Below, one piece after another: positions 1 to 12,403 of a DNA stretch of 64,000 nt; the stretch's first letter is position 1; the number at the start of each line of letters is the position of its first letter. The stretch covers positions 36,952,001 to 37,016,000 of the forward strand of contig OZ024744.1 in NCBI GenBank assembly GCA_964016885.1, read 5' to 3'. This stretch comes from Eledone cirrhosa. Taxonomy: Eukaryota. The position numbers were made by a program, and so were the translations under genes. A model generated the notes under the pieces. The model was not told the DNA's origin, ran no database searches, and saw only the letters and a program-made list of their open reading frames with translations.

Positions 1-324
1 CCAATACATATTATCATTTGGTAATGCATAAAAATGCTGAAACTGGTAATTAAATATATAAATAATTAAATAAATGCACTTGTTAATTAATAAATAAATC
101 AACTAATACCTTAACACTTCATACAAAGTAAAATATTTCGTTTTAATCATTTTCTAACCCAGAAAAAAAGAGGGAAATAAATAAAAAGGGGAAAAAAAAT
201 ATTTTTCTTCCTAATAATCGTCTTTTTCTCGCTGTTTTCATATATATATATATATATATCCTAACTCGTGTGCTTCCTCTCCACATTTTATTATTATTAT
301 TCACTCCCACACGAGATACAGAAA

Positions 325-1897
325 ATGTCTACTAAAACAAAAACAGACTCCACCCTCATTAGCATCAATCAAGAGATACTCCAAGTACTACAAAAAATAA
401 ACTCTAATTTGTCAATACTCACTAACAAAATTAATTCTACAAGTGAAGAAACAATCCCCAAATACACATCCTATGCAATCAACGACAATATCAACAACTT
501 ATGTAAAACAATAAAAACACACCTGAATAACAACACAAATCCTATTCAAGCGAACGAAAAACACATGACACTAATACACTTACAACTTACCAAATAAAAA
601 CCAAATTAATACCACAATGGTTCACATCTCTTAAAAACAGGAAATTCTCCTCTTGGAAGATGATACCAAACAATAACAAAGCGGAGATCTATGAAAAATG
701 GATTAAACCCATTAACCATCCCCCGCAAACTACAAATTAAATCCATCCCAAACGAACCAGAGACACAAAGACGCCTCAGGGAAAGAATGGCACTTGATAA
801 TATAAAAACCGAAATTGTACTCCTTAAATTGAGAGCCCAAGCAAATGAAGATAGGATCAAATCAATCGACGATGAGATTAATCAAGCAATTATCAATAAA
901 ACCAAAGACACCCCCTCGAAAATATTTCAAAATTATGGTTAGAGGACTGTAATAAGGGAGAATTAAAATCCCTTCAACGTTGGGAAATAAACGAAACTTG
1001 GTTCTCTAAATATGAAACACTTTTCCCAAAAGAACAAACATCCAAGAACCCCTTCATTAAAACCATAATTACAAGAAAACTCGATCAACACCCAAACACC
1101 ACAAAACAACCAACAACAACAAAAAAACAATACCTCCCCACATACACAAAAAAGACGGCATCACCTTGCCCCTACCTCCGAGACCCTCCACATAACTACC
1201 CCACGGATTCCCAAACAACAAATATAGTAATAGAGAAACATCAGCTACAAGATAGACTCTAACCAGGAGAAACCATAGAATCCCCCACACTTACAACCCC
1301 CCTAACATCACCACACAACAAACCCACAAGCATCATTACTTCCAACATAGAACCCAAAATACACAACTACCCCACATGTCACATAGGGCCTTACAACCAC
1401 ACACCAACTATAAGGAAACCCTAATCTATCCTCCCCCACTAACCACATCCTACTACAACAACACCAGCAGGGGACAATTCAACCACACGAGACACCCTAA
1501 CCACTACAACCACCATAACTACACACAATATAACAGCAACAGCAGAACTCAATATAACCACACAAGACAACCCTACTACAACTACCACCAAGTCTACACA
1601 CCCTACAACAACAGTAGTGTTCAGCACAACCATATGATACAACCCAACTTCAACAGCCACCACAACTTCACACCCTATAACCACATCCATCAAATCTACA
1701 CACACTACAACAACATCAGCAAGGCTCAATACAACCACACGATACAACCTAACTTCAACAACCACCACAGCTACACATCATCTAACAACAACAGCAGAGG
1801 CCAATACAATCATAAGAGACATCCAAACTTCAACAGCCACCACAACTTCCGTAATCATTTTTTAGACACAGCACACAGACACAGGATAACAATATAA
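325..1897 (+). pseudogene. PLE ORF1 (fragmented): predicted coiled-coil N-terminus, IPRKLQ..EIVLLKLRA helical block, C-terminal N/H/Y/Q-rich ~24-aa repeats
   Basis: ORF pieces 268-597, 691-942 and 1376-1897 lie on the same strand with A/C-rich coding-like composition. ATG at 325 follows the pLTR. Confidence 0.6.
1858..1864 (+). promoter_or_regulatory. Putative -1 ribosomal frameshift heptamer T TTT TTA
   Basis: In phase with ORF1 (CAT TTT TTA GAC). The -1 frame has TAA at 1852-1854, then runs open into KIVNL..LSKGLKFTPTP with no ATG until 2035. Confidence 0.7.
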
Positions 1898-4188
1898 CAC
1901 AAAACACACAGGAGACACTAAAAGTAATAAAAATTGTTAATTTAACCTCTAAAGAATTAATAACAGAGCAAATCAACATACTCTCCAAAGGTCTAAAATT
2001 TACACCAACTCCCCAACAACGAAACTACCCCGAAATGAAGGAAGATATTGCAGAATTCTGTAGAAAACTAAGACTCAGCGAGCAACTATACGACAAATAC
2101 AATGAGGATGACTCAATAGCCAGAAATAGAAGCAACTACACCCCACCAAAAGGCAAGAACAAATTCCTCGATCAATTCTGCGAACACATTACTAATTACC
2201 CATACCACCACCTACACAGACATAAACAAAAACCAAACCTAAGCAAAAAAAAAAAAAATGGAATGGTCTTAACAGTCTAAAACACGACAAAACCCTAACA
2301 ATCAAAGAGGAAGATAAAGGGAGTGCCGTAGTCCTTATGGGGACAGATTATTACACGACTCTAGTACTCTCAACTCTAGAAAACCAAACATATTATGAAA
2401 AGGCCCAACACTACACACAACAGAAAATAATGAGAAACCTAAAATCCCTAACAACCCTTTACAAAGAAGGCCTTACAGACAAGGAATACAACTACATCAC
2501 CAATTTCAAAAGCAGAACCAGCCTCTTCTACGGTATCCCCAAAACACACGAAAGCGAAGTAATAGGCAGGGCCTGCAAGCAAGCCACAGACATTTACATC
2601 AATATAGCCCCTCCTGATGAACTTAAATTAAGACCCATAATAGCAGTTACCACATGTGAAACCCACCGTCTAAGCAACTTCCTAGATATTCTGCTTAAAC
2701 CTTTCCTAAAACACATAAAAAGCTTCATAAGGGACGACCTTGACATGCTCAACCACCTCCCAACAACACTCAATAACGAACATACCCTACTAGTAACCTT
2801 TGATGTCATCAATTTATATTCCAATATCCCACACAACCTAGGTATAGAGGCAATACAATTGTGGTTTGAAAATTTCCCTAGTGAACTCCCACAGCGTATC
2901 CCTAAAGAATTTGTGTTGGAGGGACACAAATTCATCTTGGAAAAGAATTTCTTCGAATTCAATGCTAAATACTACAAACAGAAATCTGGGACTGCCATGG
3001 GCACGAAAGTAGCCCCGTCATACTCCAACCTTGTCATGGGATATTTGGAAACCACTCCCTATCGCAAAGTTCTAGACAAATACGGCAACCACTTCTACCA
3101 ACACATAGAAAAGGACTGGAAGAGATATCTGGACAAGGGCTTCATCCTCTGGCATGAAAGTATAGATAGACTGTTTGAGTTTAAAACCCTTCTGAATGAG
3201 CTCAACACTAACTTACAATTCACAATGGATTACAGCCATGAACAACTCCCTTTCCTCGACATTCTCATCAAGAAAACAAGCAACAAAATAGAAGCAGACA
3301 TATACTACAAACACACAGACTCCAAACAATACCTTCAATTCAACTCGTGCCACCCTAGACACACCAAAATGGCAATTCCTTATAACCTAGCCAGAAGGAT
3401 CTGCACAATAGTTTCAGATAAATACACATGCTACACACGACTAGAAGAATTAAAAAACACACTTATCAGCAGAAACTACCCACCAACCCTAATCAACAAT
3501 GGATCCAACGTACCCTAAAATCGACGTCCAGCAACTCAGACACCCCAAACCCAGGAATGAATCGCAACAGAAAACTCTACCATACATCTCCACACACAAA
3601 CCCCTCAACAATGAGGAATTCGACACCATCCTCCAGAACATTCCTTTACTAAAAAGAGACCCAAGAATGAACAAAATCCTCCAAACACACAACATTATAA
3701 AGAGCAAAAGATAACCTAAATCCATAAAAAAACATCCTCACACAAGCCAAAATCCAATAAACCCTACAGTAACAAAATGCGGAAGGCCCAACTGTAGCAT
3801 ATGCATAAATCTAATAGAAGGTTCAACATTCCATTTTAAACAAGGACAACATTTCACAGTTAAACACAACTTTACATGTGCATCTGAAAACCTAATCTAT
3901 GTTTTGACCTGCTCAGGTTGTCAAGAGCACTACATAGGACAGACAAAAAACAGCCTCCGATAACGTATGACCGTCCATAAATCACAAATCAAAATACAGG
4001 AATACAGAAAGATTGCATTTAGTGAACATATCGCCAATTATGCACCCACCCAACATCCAAACTTTAAAATGTTCCCCATATACAAATTCATAGACAATGC
4101 TACTTTCATCCATCGTACCGATAAGGAAACGTATTTCATTAACAGATTCAAACCTCTACTTAATACACTAAACTTCGGACAAAACTAA
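1861..4188 (+). pseudogene. PLE reverse transcriptase plus GIY-YIG endonuclease, with frameshifts and stops
   Basis: Motifs LSKGLKFTPTP, DKG, LRPII, FDVINLY, GTAMG, RYLDK (for YLDD), FLD, CGRPNCSIC, NLIY..YIGQT and KPLLN. Confidence 0.92.
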
Positions 4189-4617
4189 AACTGGAACGAA
4201 CGATCAAACATTTACAAATACCTATGTCTCTCTAAAGCGTCACCTCCCTTACACCCGACTTAATGCTTTTTCTTCAATACATTAAATATTATCCAGCATG
4301 AATTACCTCCCCATGCATATTAACTCTCTAAAAAGAGAAATCATATCAAACCCAGTCCACCATTTGCCTCCATCATGGATCAACTAAGCACTCTTGCTAT
4401 ATTAACACATTTTGATTTGCTTATCTTCGTTTTTTTTTCTTTCACATTATTTTTCTTTCACATTGACTTCTTATGCTCCACATTACGCTCCTTTTTTCCT
4501 TTTTCCTTTTTTCTTTTTTCTTTTCACTTCATAAACCTTCTTTGTAAATAACATTATTCTTTCTGCACCATTTCTTTAACATGTCCAACACCACCGTTCT
4601 ACACCAATACATATTAT

Positions 4618-4658
4618 TATCATTTGATAATACATAAAAATGCTGAAACCGGTAATAG
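4618..4658 (+). ncRNA. Minimal type I hammerhead-like motif, U3-A8 core variant (related copies at ~13-50 + and ~49023-49062 -)
   Basis: TTGATAA-T-(A/G)CAT aaaa ATGC-T-GAAA-CCGG-TA. Stem III is the palindrome ACCGGT; stem I is weak. Confidence 0.5.
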
Positions 4659-4849
4659 ACAATTATTAAACATATAAATAAATAAATGCCATTGTTAAGT
4701 AATAAATAAATCAACTAAAACCTTAACACTTCACACAAAGTAAAATATTTCGTCGTTTTAATCATTTTCTAACCCAGAAAAAAGAGAGCAATAAGTAAAA
4801 AAGGAAAAAAAAATATTTTTCTTCCTAATAATCGTCTTTTTCTCCCTGT

Positions 4850-4896
<47 letters not shown>

Positions 4897-4899
<3 letters not shown>

Positions 4900-7263
4900 A
4901 TAATAATAAAATTGAAGACTAAAATCCAAAGAGGGCTCGATAAGGAAAATATATATCAAATATATAAGAACCGTAGAGCAAATATTTATTAACATAACAG
5001 ATTCAAACGGGATCTTCTGAATCTAACAAAGTCAATCTGTAAACGCAGAACTGGATATTTCAAAAAACGTTGCAACCGGAGGAAGACAGGAAGACGATAC
5101 TTTGGTTCATGGTAACATTCGCTGGCAAAGAACGGGAAAAAACGAATAATACGTCATTAATACGAGCGGTGAAAAACAATTACGCGCAAAGACAGAACCA
5201 CGTTTCTGGTATAAAAGAGGTCGTAGACTAATGTTCTCTTTGGTGGTGCATAGAGACGTTCTCTGGCAATGAACGAAAAAACGAAGATAATAAGTCAAAT
5301 GTGGAGCGTGGAGAACAATAGCACGCAAAGACAAAATCACGTAAATGGTAAGCAGAAGTCGTAGACTAAAATTCTAACTAGGAGACCAAATTAATCTCCG
5401 CTACAGATTTAAGAACAAAGTAAATAAATACAATACAGAAGTAATAGAAACAAATAAATACATACACGCAAACAGATACGTATATACACAAGCATACGCA
5501 AAACCTTACCATAGGTATACAAAACCACGCACATATAAATATGTGTGTGTGTGTATGCTTGTGTACAAATAAATAAATAATTATATAAACGTATATAAGT
5601 AAATAAATACGTATATAACAAGCGCACACGCATACCTACATATAAATACACGAAAGTTCGGAGACGTAAGTCAACTAAAACAAGAAGTACATATATACAC
5701 ACACCCACCATACGTACGAACCTGCATACTCACGCAGACGCAAAGCTCCCGTATACACATAGCCAAACCCTAAATACCAGAATATGTAAAAATTATACGC
5801 CATAACAGTCAAATATACGTACGAGAAGGTATACATACCTTCACAAAACATACGGGTAATATATACTTACCTATGCAAATAAGTAAAGGAATAAACAAAC
5901 ATTTACTTAGCTCCCACATCAAGACGTAAAATATCCACGTATAGATCGTGCTATCGGTTAGGGTATAACGTGGGGCTGTAATACAGGAAAGTTTTGTGCA
6001 ATTTATGTTTACAAGCCGAAATTGCCTCAGATTTTTTGTTTAAGATGTGGTCTGTGGCGTAGAGTATTTCCAGGGCCTCAGCGGCGCAGAGGTCACATGG
6101 TCTTTTATTTCCGTTATAGGATCTAGCCTACGCTAGGATTTCCCAGTGTAACTTATATTGGGTGTGGTTGTCTTTTAGACTCCAGATATAAGCTGAAAGT
6201 GACGTCATATTCCTTCTAAGAGGGTAACGAAAAGAATGGGTATGCATGTAAAGACGCTGCTTGAAACTATTGGCGGTTAACCCTATGTAGGCCCTACGGG
6301 ACGTGGGTGTTACAACCTTACATTTGTAGACAATGTTACTAGAGAGGCATTTCCCGGATAGGGGGCAATCAGCCCGATTTCTACAATTACAGTTAGTACT
6401 AACTACAGGGTCGCACGTGCTCCTACGGCTAGGTAGTTTAGCTAAATTTGAAGCTGTGATGTTATGTGCAAGGTTAGGAGTCGTAGAGTAAGAAATTTTA
6501 ATAGTATTTCTATTAAAAATTTTACTATATTTATGTGTCGGGAGAAAATGCTTCGTAATAAGGGAAAGAAAGATCTTAGCTAATGGTGTGGCCACCTCCA
6601 TATTATATGGTGGGTTAAACCAACAAATGCGACGGGATCAATTTCTTCTAGGTCTATTTTCGTACTCAGTATCTGCTACCTTATCGACAAATCCACTTCG
6701 AGCAAGAGCTTCATTGTAATAAGTGGAATGGTCGTTGAAAATGCGCTCGTTGGTGGAAAGACGGGAAAGCCTCAACGAAACGTTTCTTACCAGGTTCTTG
6801 GTTATGCTGGCAGGATGGTTGGAATGCTTACTTATATAATTAAGCGTATCATTCGGCTTTCTATACGGGTAATACAACCCATTCAATAAATTGAGGGTAA
6901 CGTCGAGGTAATTAATGACCGAGAGATTGGCCTCTTCGTTCATTGCCAGAGAACGTCTCTATGCACCACCTAAGAGAACATTAATCTACGACCTCTTTTA
7001 TACCATAAACGTGGTTCTGTCTTTGCGCGTAATTGTTTTTCACCGCTCCTATTAATGACGTATTATTCGTTTTTTCCCGTTCTTTGCCAGCGAACGTTAC
7101 CACGAACCAAAGTATCGTCTTCCTGCCTTCCTCCGGTTGCAACGTTTTTTGAAATATCCAGTTCTGCGTTTACAGATTGACTTTGTTAGTTTCAGAAGAT
7201 CCCGTTAAGGGTGAAAGCAGCGATTCTTTGCTTAAACTTTAATCTGTTATTTTAATAAATATA
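4897..7263 (-). mobile_element. 5'-truncated PLE (WFNPPY-type) with inverted 5' pLTR fragment
   Basis: 6935-7263 is the reverse complement of ~4980-5277, with (TA)n at both ends. Solo pLTR pieces of the same family lie at 25287-25676, 45306-45551 and 59176-59340. Confidence 0.88.
5951..6943 (-). pseudogene. PLE RT thumb plus GIY-YIG endonuclease
   Basis: YLDVTL, SNHP, WFNPPY, CNC..CP..CL, IVY..YIGLT, CDLC and LNKKSE..CKH. Confidence 0.9.
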
Positions 7264-7607
7264 TATATATATATATAGTAAATTGTTCAAGACGACGACG
7301 GCAGAGCTCAAGCCGTTTCGACGGCTATTTCTGGTGCGTTATGGTACACCAGGTTACTTACCACACTTGCTTCGTTATATATATATATAAGATTTTTCAT
7401 TCATTTAATTCATTATTTGTTTGACACGAATTTTCCTGGTCGTTTTTTCGGCTGTGCGAATGATTTTAAGCTTTGTCTCCTTGTGTTGGTATTTAAACGT
7501 TAGTTATTGCTCTGGTTTATCCAAACTATTGAGCTCTTTGCCACGCATTTCGAAGATTGTGTTTCGTTATTTCGTGGGCCGAGATTCCGATTCTCGATAA
7601 TTTATTA

Positions 7608-7698
<91 letters not shown>

Positions 7699-7699
7699 A

Positions 7700-9700
7700 T
7701 TTCGTTTCTGAATTTGTTTAGCAAGATACTTTATCTGAAAACGTGTGTTGAAACCGATATTGTTATACTTTGGGAGGGTCATGTTGCCAATAAGAAACAC
7801 ACGCACCAGTTGCTTTCACTTCAATTTATTATAATAAATTTATAAATTTAGGAATTTATAAATTTCTGGTTGGTTGATTAGTTCCACAACCAGATAGTTG
7901 TTTATATATTGTCAAAGTTCTTTCGTCACACATTCTGTGACCTCTTCAGTGACTGGGGATTCTTTTCTTTGTTTTTGTGCCTCTCCTTTGTTCTGTGCTA
8001 CGCCATTTTGTTTCTGTGTGTGTGTTGTGTGCTCAGTCTGCGCATGCGCCACATCCGGGTGTCTGTATGTGTTTATATTCGTTTATTTATTTGTTTATTT
8101 ACATGTTACCGGTTGGTTGTTTGTTCTATGTGCGTGTGTGTTTTCTATTTTGTCCTTAATTGTAAGATGTCATGTTGCTGTTCCACTCATATTTTCTATT
8201 TAATTTTGGTTGTAATTCTTTTATGTTTATTGCCTCTGTGATTTGTCTAAACATTGCGTCTTTTCTGTGTGTAGATTCTATTTTTATTTCTATGTTCTCT
8301 AATTAACCCTTATGTTCTATTTTAGCATGTTGGTAGAGTACAGTTGATTCTTTACTATCTTGAAGGTCTCGCCAGTGTTCATTTATCCGTTCCCCTACAC
8401 TACGAGCTGTCTCACCTATGAACACTATATTTTTGTCACTACATTGTCCTTCAGTACATCTTATGCTATATACTACATTTCTAGTTTTAGTTAATATGGG
8501 GGCTTATTTTACAGCTTATATATTTCTTATCTATACAGGGGGGTCTTTGAAAAGGGTATGTCTTGCTAATAAGTGTTTTTACGGAGGTACCTGGTCTTTC
8601 TACTATCTTAATATTGAGTTTATATTTATCTAGGGCCCTTCTAAATTTGTAAGCTAATTCACCTCTAGGGGTTGTATCGATGAACATTACACTCTGGTAT
8701 TTATTGCTATCATACCATGAGTTTATTCTATTAGCCTTATTTCTAGTTCTTTCTATTCTATTCCAAAATTTGCTCCTATACAAGGGGCAGGTCCCATTTG
8801 TGTCATTATTTACCATTTTTTCCCATTTGGTTCTGGCTCCTCTATACACTCTGATTTTATCTCTCTGATTGTAACCAGAGAACTGCATACGGTGTAACCA
8901 GAGAACTGCATACGGTGGATGAAGTGTGGATGAGTTAGCTATTTGCTGGATGCTTTCCATTGTGTTTTTCTCTAGTTCCTGACTGTTCTCTAGTGGGGGT
9001 GTCTTAACTACGATGGTTATATCATCAACGTAGCGGGAGTACATTATCAGGGTTAAGGGGTCTTCTAATTGTTCTTTAAGTTTAAGTTTAAGTCTACTGT
9101 CCCACCATACCATGAATAAGTTAGCTATGTTGCCTGCAATGCTAACACCAATGGCTGCTCCTTCCTCTTGGGCATATGTTTTTCCATTAAATTTGAACAT
9201 ATGTTCTTTAAGGGTTAGTTTTATGCTGGCCCCTACCGCATGTGCAATCATTTTCTTCAGTTCATCGTGGTTTTCGGGTGTCCGTATGGCTCTGGTCCAC
9301 CCGTTCCATCTATCTGTGTAGGTTTTCTTGGCCATTGAGGTAATGGTAGGTGGTCTGCCTCTTGCTGGTCTTGCAGGGCACAGGTTGCTAAGGTCATATG
9401 TGTCTAGGTAATTATTACTATGGGTAAGTTTAAGTAGGAGTCCCAGCTCACTGGTATCAATCCCACGGAACTCAACATTGCTCTCACTGATCATTTCTAC
9501 GCATTTCTCCACAGCAAAATCCACGTCAATAGATGGATACAGAGACATCTTGGGGTTGCACATGTGGGACACGTTTCTCATCACCCGTACCAAATCGGCA
9601 ATCAGTATGTTGATTTTGGTATGGTCCGAAACAGCTGAGTTTCCGTGGATCAGATATTTGGAAGTCATGGTTTTGGCATAATGGGAATGGAGGATTTGAA
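7700..9700 (-). mobile_element. 5'-truncated, internally rearranged PLE (AIG-type RT, Naiad-like); coding ~8157-9700
   Basis: SLYPSID, GAAIGVSIAG..ANLFMVWWD, YSRYVDD, RMQFSGY, VVY..FIGETAR and RQITEA..LNRKYEW. Paralog at 30067-31590. Confidence 0.88.
7911..7953 (-). ncRNA. Type I hammerhead ribozyme in pLTR
   Basis: GTCA-CTGAAGA-G-GTCACA gaatg TGTGAC-GAAA-GAAC-TT-TGAC. Stem II covaries with the copy at 29799-29838. Confidence 0.8.
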
Positions 9701-9917
9701 ATATAAACACACCGAGCATTATAATAAATGTTCGGTGAATCCATACGTACATATATATGCGTGTGCATGTATGTATATATATATATATACATACTACTGT
9801 GCGTCTGTATACATATATGTATGTACGTATACATAGTTATATTTAAATAACAGCCGTACTAAGAGTGAGAAATGAAATTTCGTTTCATTTTTTCCGTTTA
9901 TATATATATATATATAA

Positions 9918-10055
9918 CGAAGAAATTGTGGTAAGGAACCAGATGGACCATAACGCACCAGAGTACTCAATAATTAGGGTAGTAGAGAGGGAAATATGAA
10001 AAAGTATGACCCCGACGGCAGAGCTCAAGCCGTTTCGAAGGCTATTTCTGGACTG
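9918..10055. repeat. Short (TA)n-flanked interspersed element with AGCCGT-TTCG-ACGGCT hairpin (other copies 7277-7373, 32022-32211, 47357-47471, 59355-59410)
   Basis: Shared segments GACGGCAGAGCTCAAGCCGTTTCGACGGCTA and TGGTGCGTTATGGTCCA..CTTACCAC. Confidence 0.75.
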
Positions 10056-10076
10056 TATAAATATGTATATATACAG

Positions 10077-10143
<67 letters not shown>

Positions 10144-10159
10144 ATATATTGATAACACT

Positions 10160-11678
10160 AGATCACTCATTAATAATCTCTCTAATTGCAACTGCCGCAT
10201 TAAAAATAAATGTCCTCTCAACAACCATTGCCTCGATAAAAACTTAATTTATGAATGTAAAATTATAACTAGCACCAATTCCTTCACCTATTTTGGCTCC
10301 ACTTCCACCTCTTTTAAAGCTCGTCTCTATAATCATCATTCATCTTTCAAATACAAACTTAAAAGAACTAACACTGCTCTCTCAGAACTCATATGGTCCT
10401 TAAAAGACAAAAACATTAAATATAACATCTTTTGGAAAAAGATTTCTTCTGCATCCTCGTACTTGAACAGCTCTCTATCTAAAATCTGTAATCTCTGCCT
10501 AAATGAAAAATTTACCATTATCTCTAACCTAGAATCCATAATAAATAGACGCTCGGATTTGTTTTCTATCTGCCTGCATAAATTCCATAGAACTTTTCAC
10601 AAAGTATACAGTTAATATTCAATTCTTTATCAATTTAGAATCTTTTCTCAAAGGCACATATACATACACCTCTTTAAAATATACCCATCTACCTTACTTT
10701 AAAGGGCATTATACACTCTATAATACTCGTTTACTCATTACCCTCATTCTATCTCCTCGTAAAACAATAACATTTGTTTTTGACATTTTGAGTATTCATC
10801 CGCAATCATTATTATTTTTTCTCTCTATCATAAATCTTTTTAATCTCAATTTCATCCTTAATTTATTATTATTTTTTTCTCCCCATCAACGAACTCATTA
10901 TTAATACATATGAATTCAATATACAAACTTTAACTTCACATTATTTTTCTCAAATCCTTCTACACATAAACTTTTTCTCTTTGCTAATTTTAAAATTCCT
11001 ACATTTCTTCTTTTGACGTTAGAATATTCACCCACAATTATTATTTTTTTCTCTCTATCTTCATACATAATTTCCCTTCGTTAATTTTCAAATTCCTTTA
11101 ATTTATACATTATCTTCCAACGGTTCCCAACCTCTCTATATTAAAACATTATATCTTTTTCTCAGTTATAAAAACTATCTCTTTCTCTCTATCACCCATC
11201 TCTCCCTTTCCACCTTCACTCTCATCTCCTCCCCTTTTTTTCATCCTCCCCCCCCCTCCCTAAATATAATATATTTTTTCCTCGCACATATCCTCCCTTC
11301 GTTAATTTTCAAAATTTTTAATTTATACAGTATCTTCCAACGGTTTTCAACCCCACTATATAAAATATATCTCCTCTCAGTTATAAAAACTATCTCTTTC
11401 TCTCTATCACCCATCTCTCCCTCTCATCTCCTTCCCTTTTCATCCTTTTCTCTCCCCCCCCTCTCTAAATAAAATATTTTTCCCAATATCACACATCAAT
11501 CTAAAACCACTTTTCATATGTTGATTTAAAACTGCACTATCAACAAGTGTTTTTTTAGCCTTCATATCATGTTCTCCTGTTTTATCTGATGAAAACACAA
11601 ATATTATTGTTTGATGATGTTTGTTTTTGAAATGCGCATAATAAAATATATTGAACTCCTTTAACCATCTTTTGATCT

Positions 11679-11685
<7 letters not shown>
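10160..11685 (+). mobile_element. PLE 3' fragment: GIY-YIG (~10172-10615) plus 3' UTR/pLTR with an internal ~230 bp duplication
   Basis: Hand translation gives NCNCRIKNKCPLNNHCL..LIYEC..YFGST..CNLC..NRRSDLFSICLH. (TA)n lies on both sides. Confidence 0.88.
11581..11645 (+). ncRNA. Type I hammerhead ribozyme
   Basis: TTTAT-CTGATGA-AAAC..GTTTT-T-GAAA-TGCGCA-TA-ATAAA, with a palindromic stem III. Confidence 0.75.
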
Positions 11686-11748
<63 letters not shown>

Positions 11749-11753
<5 letters not shown>

Positions 11754-12343
11754 TAAAAAAATTATAAAATTAACTTACTTACTTAAATTTCACTCCCAAC
11801 TAATTAGTTTCTGAAAGGGATTAAACGTACTATCCGAAGAGAGCACGGAGAAGCCTTTCGTCATCAGGGAAGTTTATTCTCAGCTAAGTTTCCAGGCAAT
11901 ACCTGGACACAGGGAACTTATACAAAAATAATTCAGTGGATGGAAAAAGCAGAGCGAGGACTAATTCTAAGCCATTGATAAAAACACTTATCAATGGCTT
12001 AGAATTAGTCCTTGCTCTGCTTTTTCCATCCACTGAATTATTTTTGTATAAGTTCCCTGTGTCCAGGTATTGCCTGGAAACTTAGCTGAGAATAGACTTC
12101 CCTGATGACGAAAGGCTTCTCCGTGCTCTCTTCGGATAGTACGTTTAATCCCTTTCAGAAACTAATTAGTTGGGAGTGAAATTTAAGTAAGTATGTTAAT
12201 TTTATAATTTTCTTATTTTACGTCTCTCATATTATTGTTCTGCAACACCATGCATTGAACCACAAAGTTACTAAGACAAAACCTATATATTTGCTGACAT
12301 AAGTATGCATCTGTGTATATATATGTTACTAGATACACTAATT

Positions 12344-12348
<5 letters not shown>
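11749..12348 (+). mobile_element. ORF-less HHR unit (retrozyme/pLTR-like) with fold-back palindrome (arms ~11757-11980 and 11989-12211)
   Basis: Near-perfect inverted arms separated by an 8-nt loop, with (TA)n flanks. Related to the units at 13.3, 22.4 and 32.7 kb. Confidence 0.8.
12096..12177 (+). ncRNA. Type I hammerhead ribozyme with long stem II (mirror copy 11792-11873 on -)
   Basis: ACTTCC-CTGATGA-C-GAAAGG..CCTTTC-A-GAAA-CTAATTAG-TT-GGGAGT. Confidence 0.85.
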
Positions 12349-12401
<53 letters not shown>

Positions 12402-12403
12402 CA

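Larger units (their letters stand above)
1..4853 (+). mobile_element. Near full-length Penelope-like element (Neptune-like), degenerate, with direct pLTR repeats (1-240 and 4603-4853)
   Basis: 1-240 matches 4603-4853 as a direct repeat, and both are followed by (TA)n. The interior contains ORF1, RT and a C-terminal GIY-YIG with a CxxxxCxxC linker. Confidence 0.9.

Noticed and set aside
3121-3138. Altered RT active sites (YLDK here, YLDH at 57.7 kb) as a functional variant
   Set aside because: The substitutions differ between copies that also carry stops and frameshifts, so simple decay is more likely.
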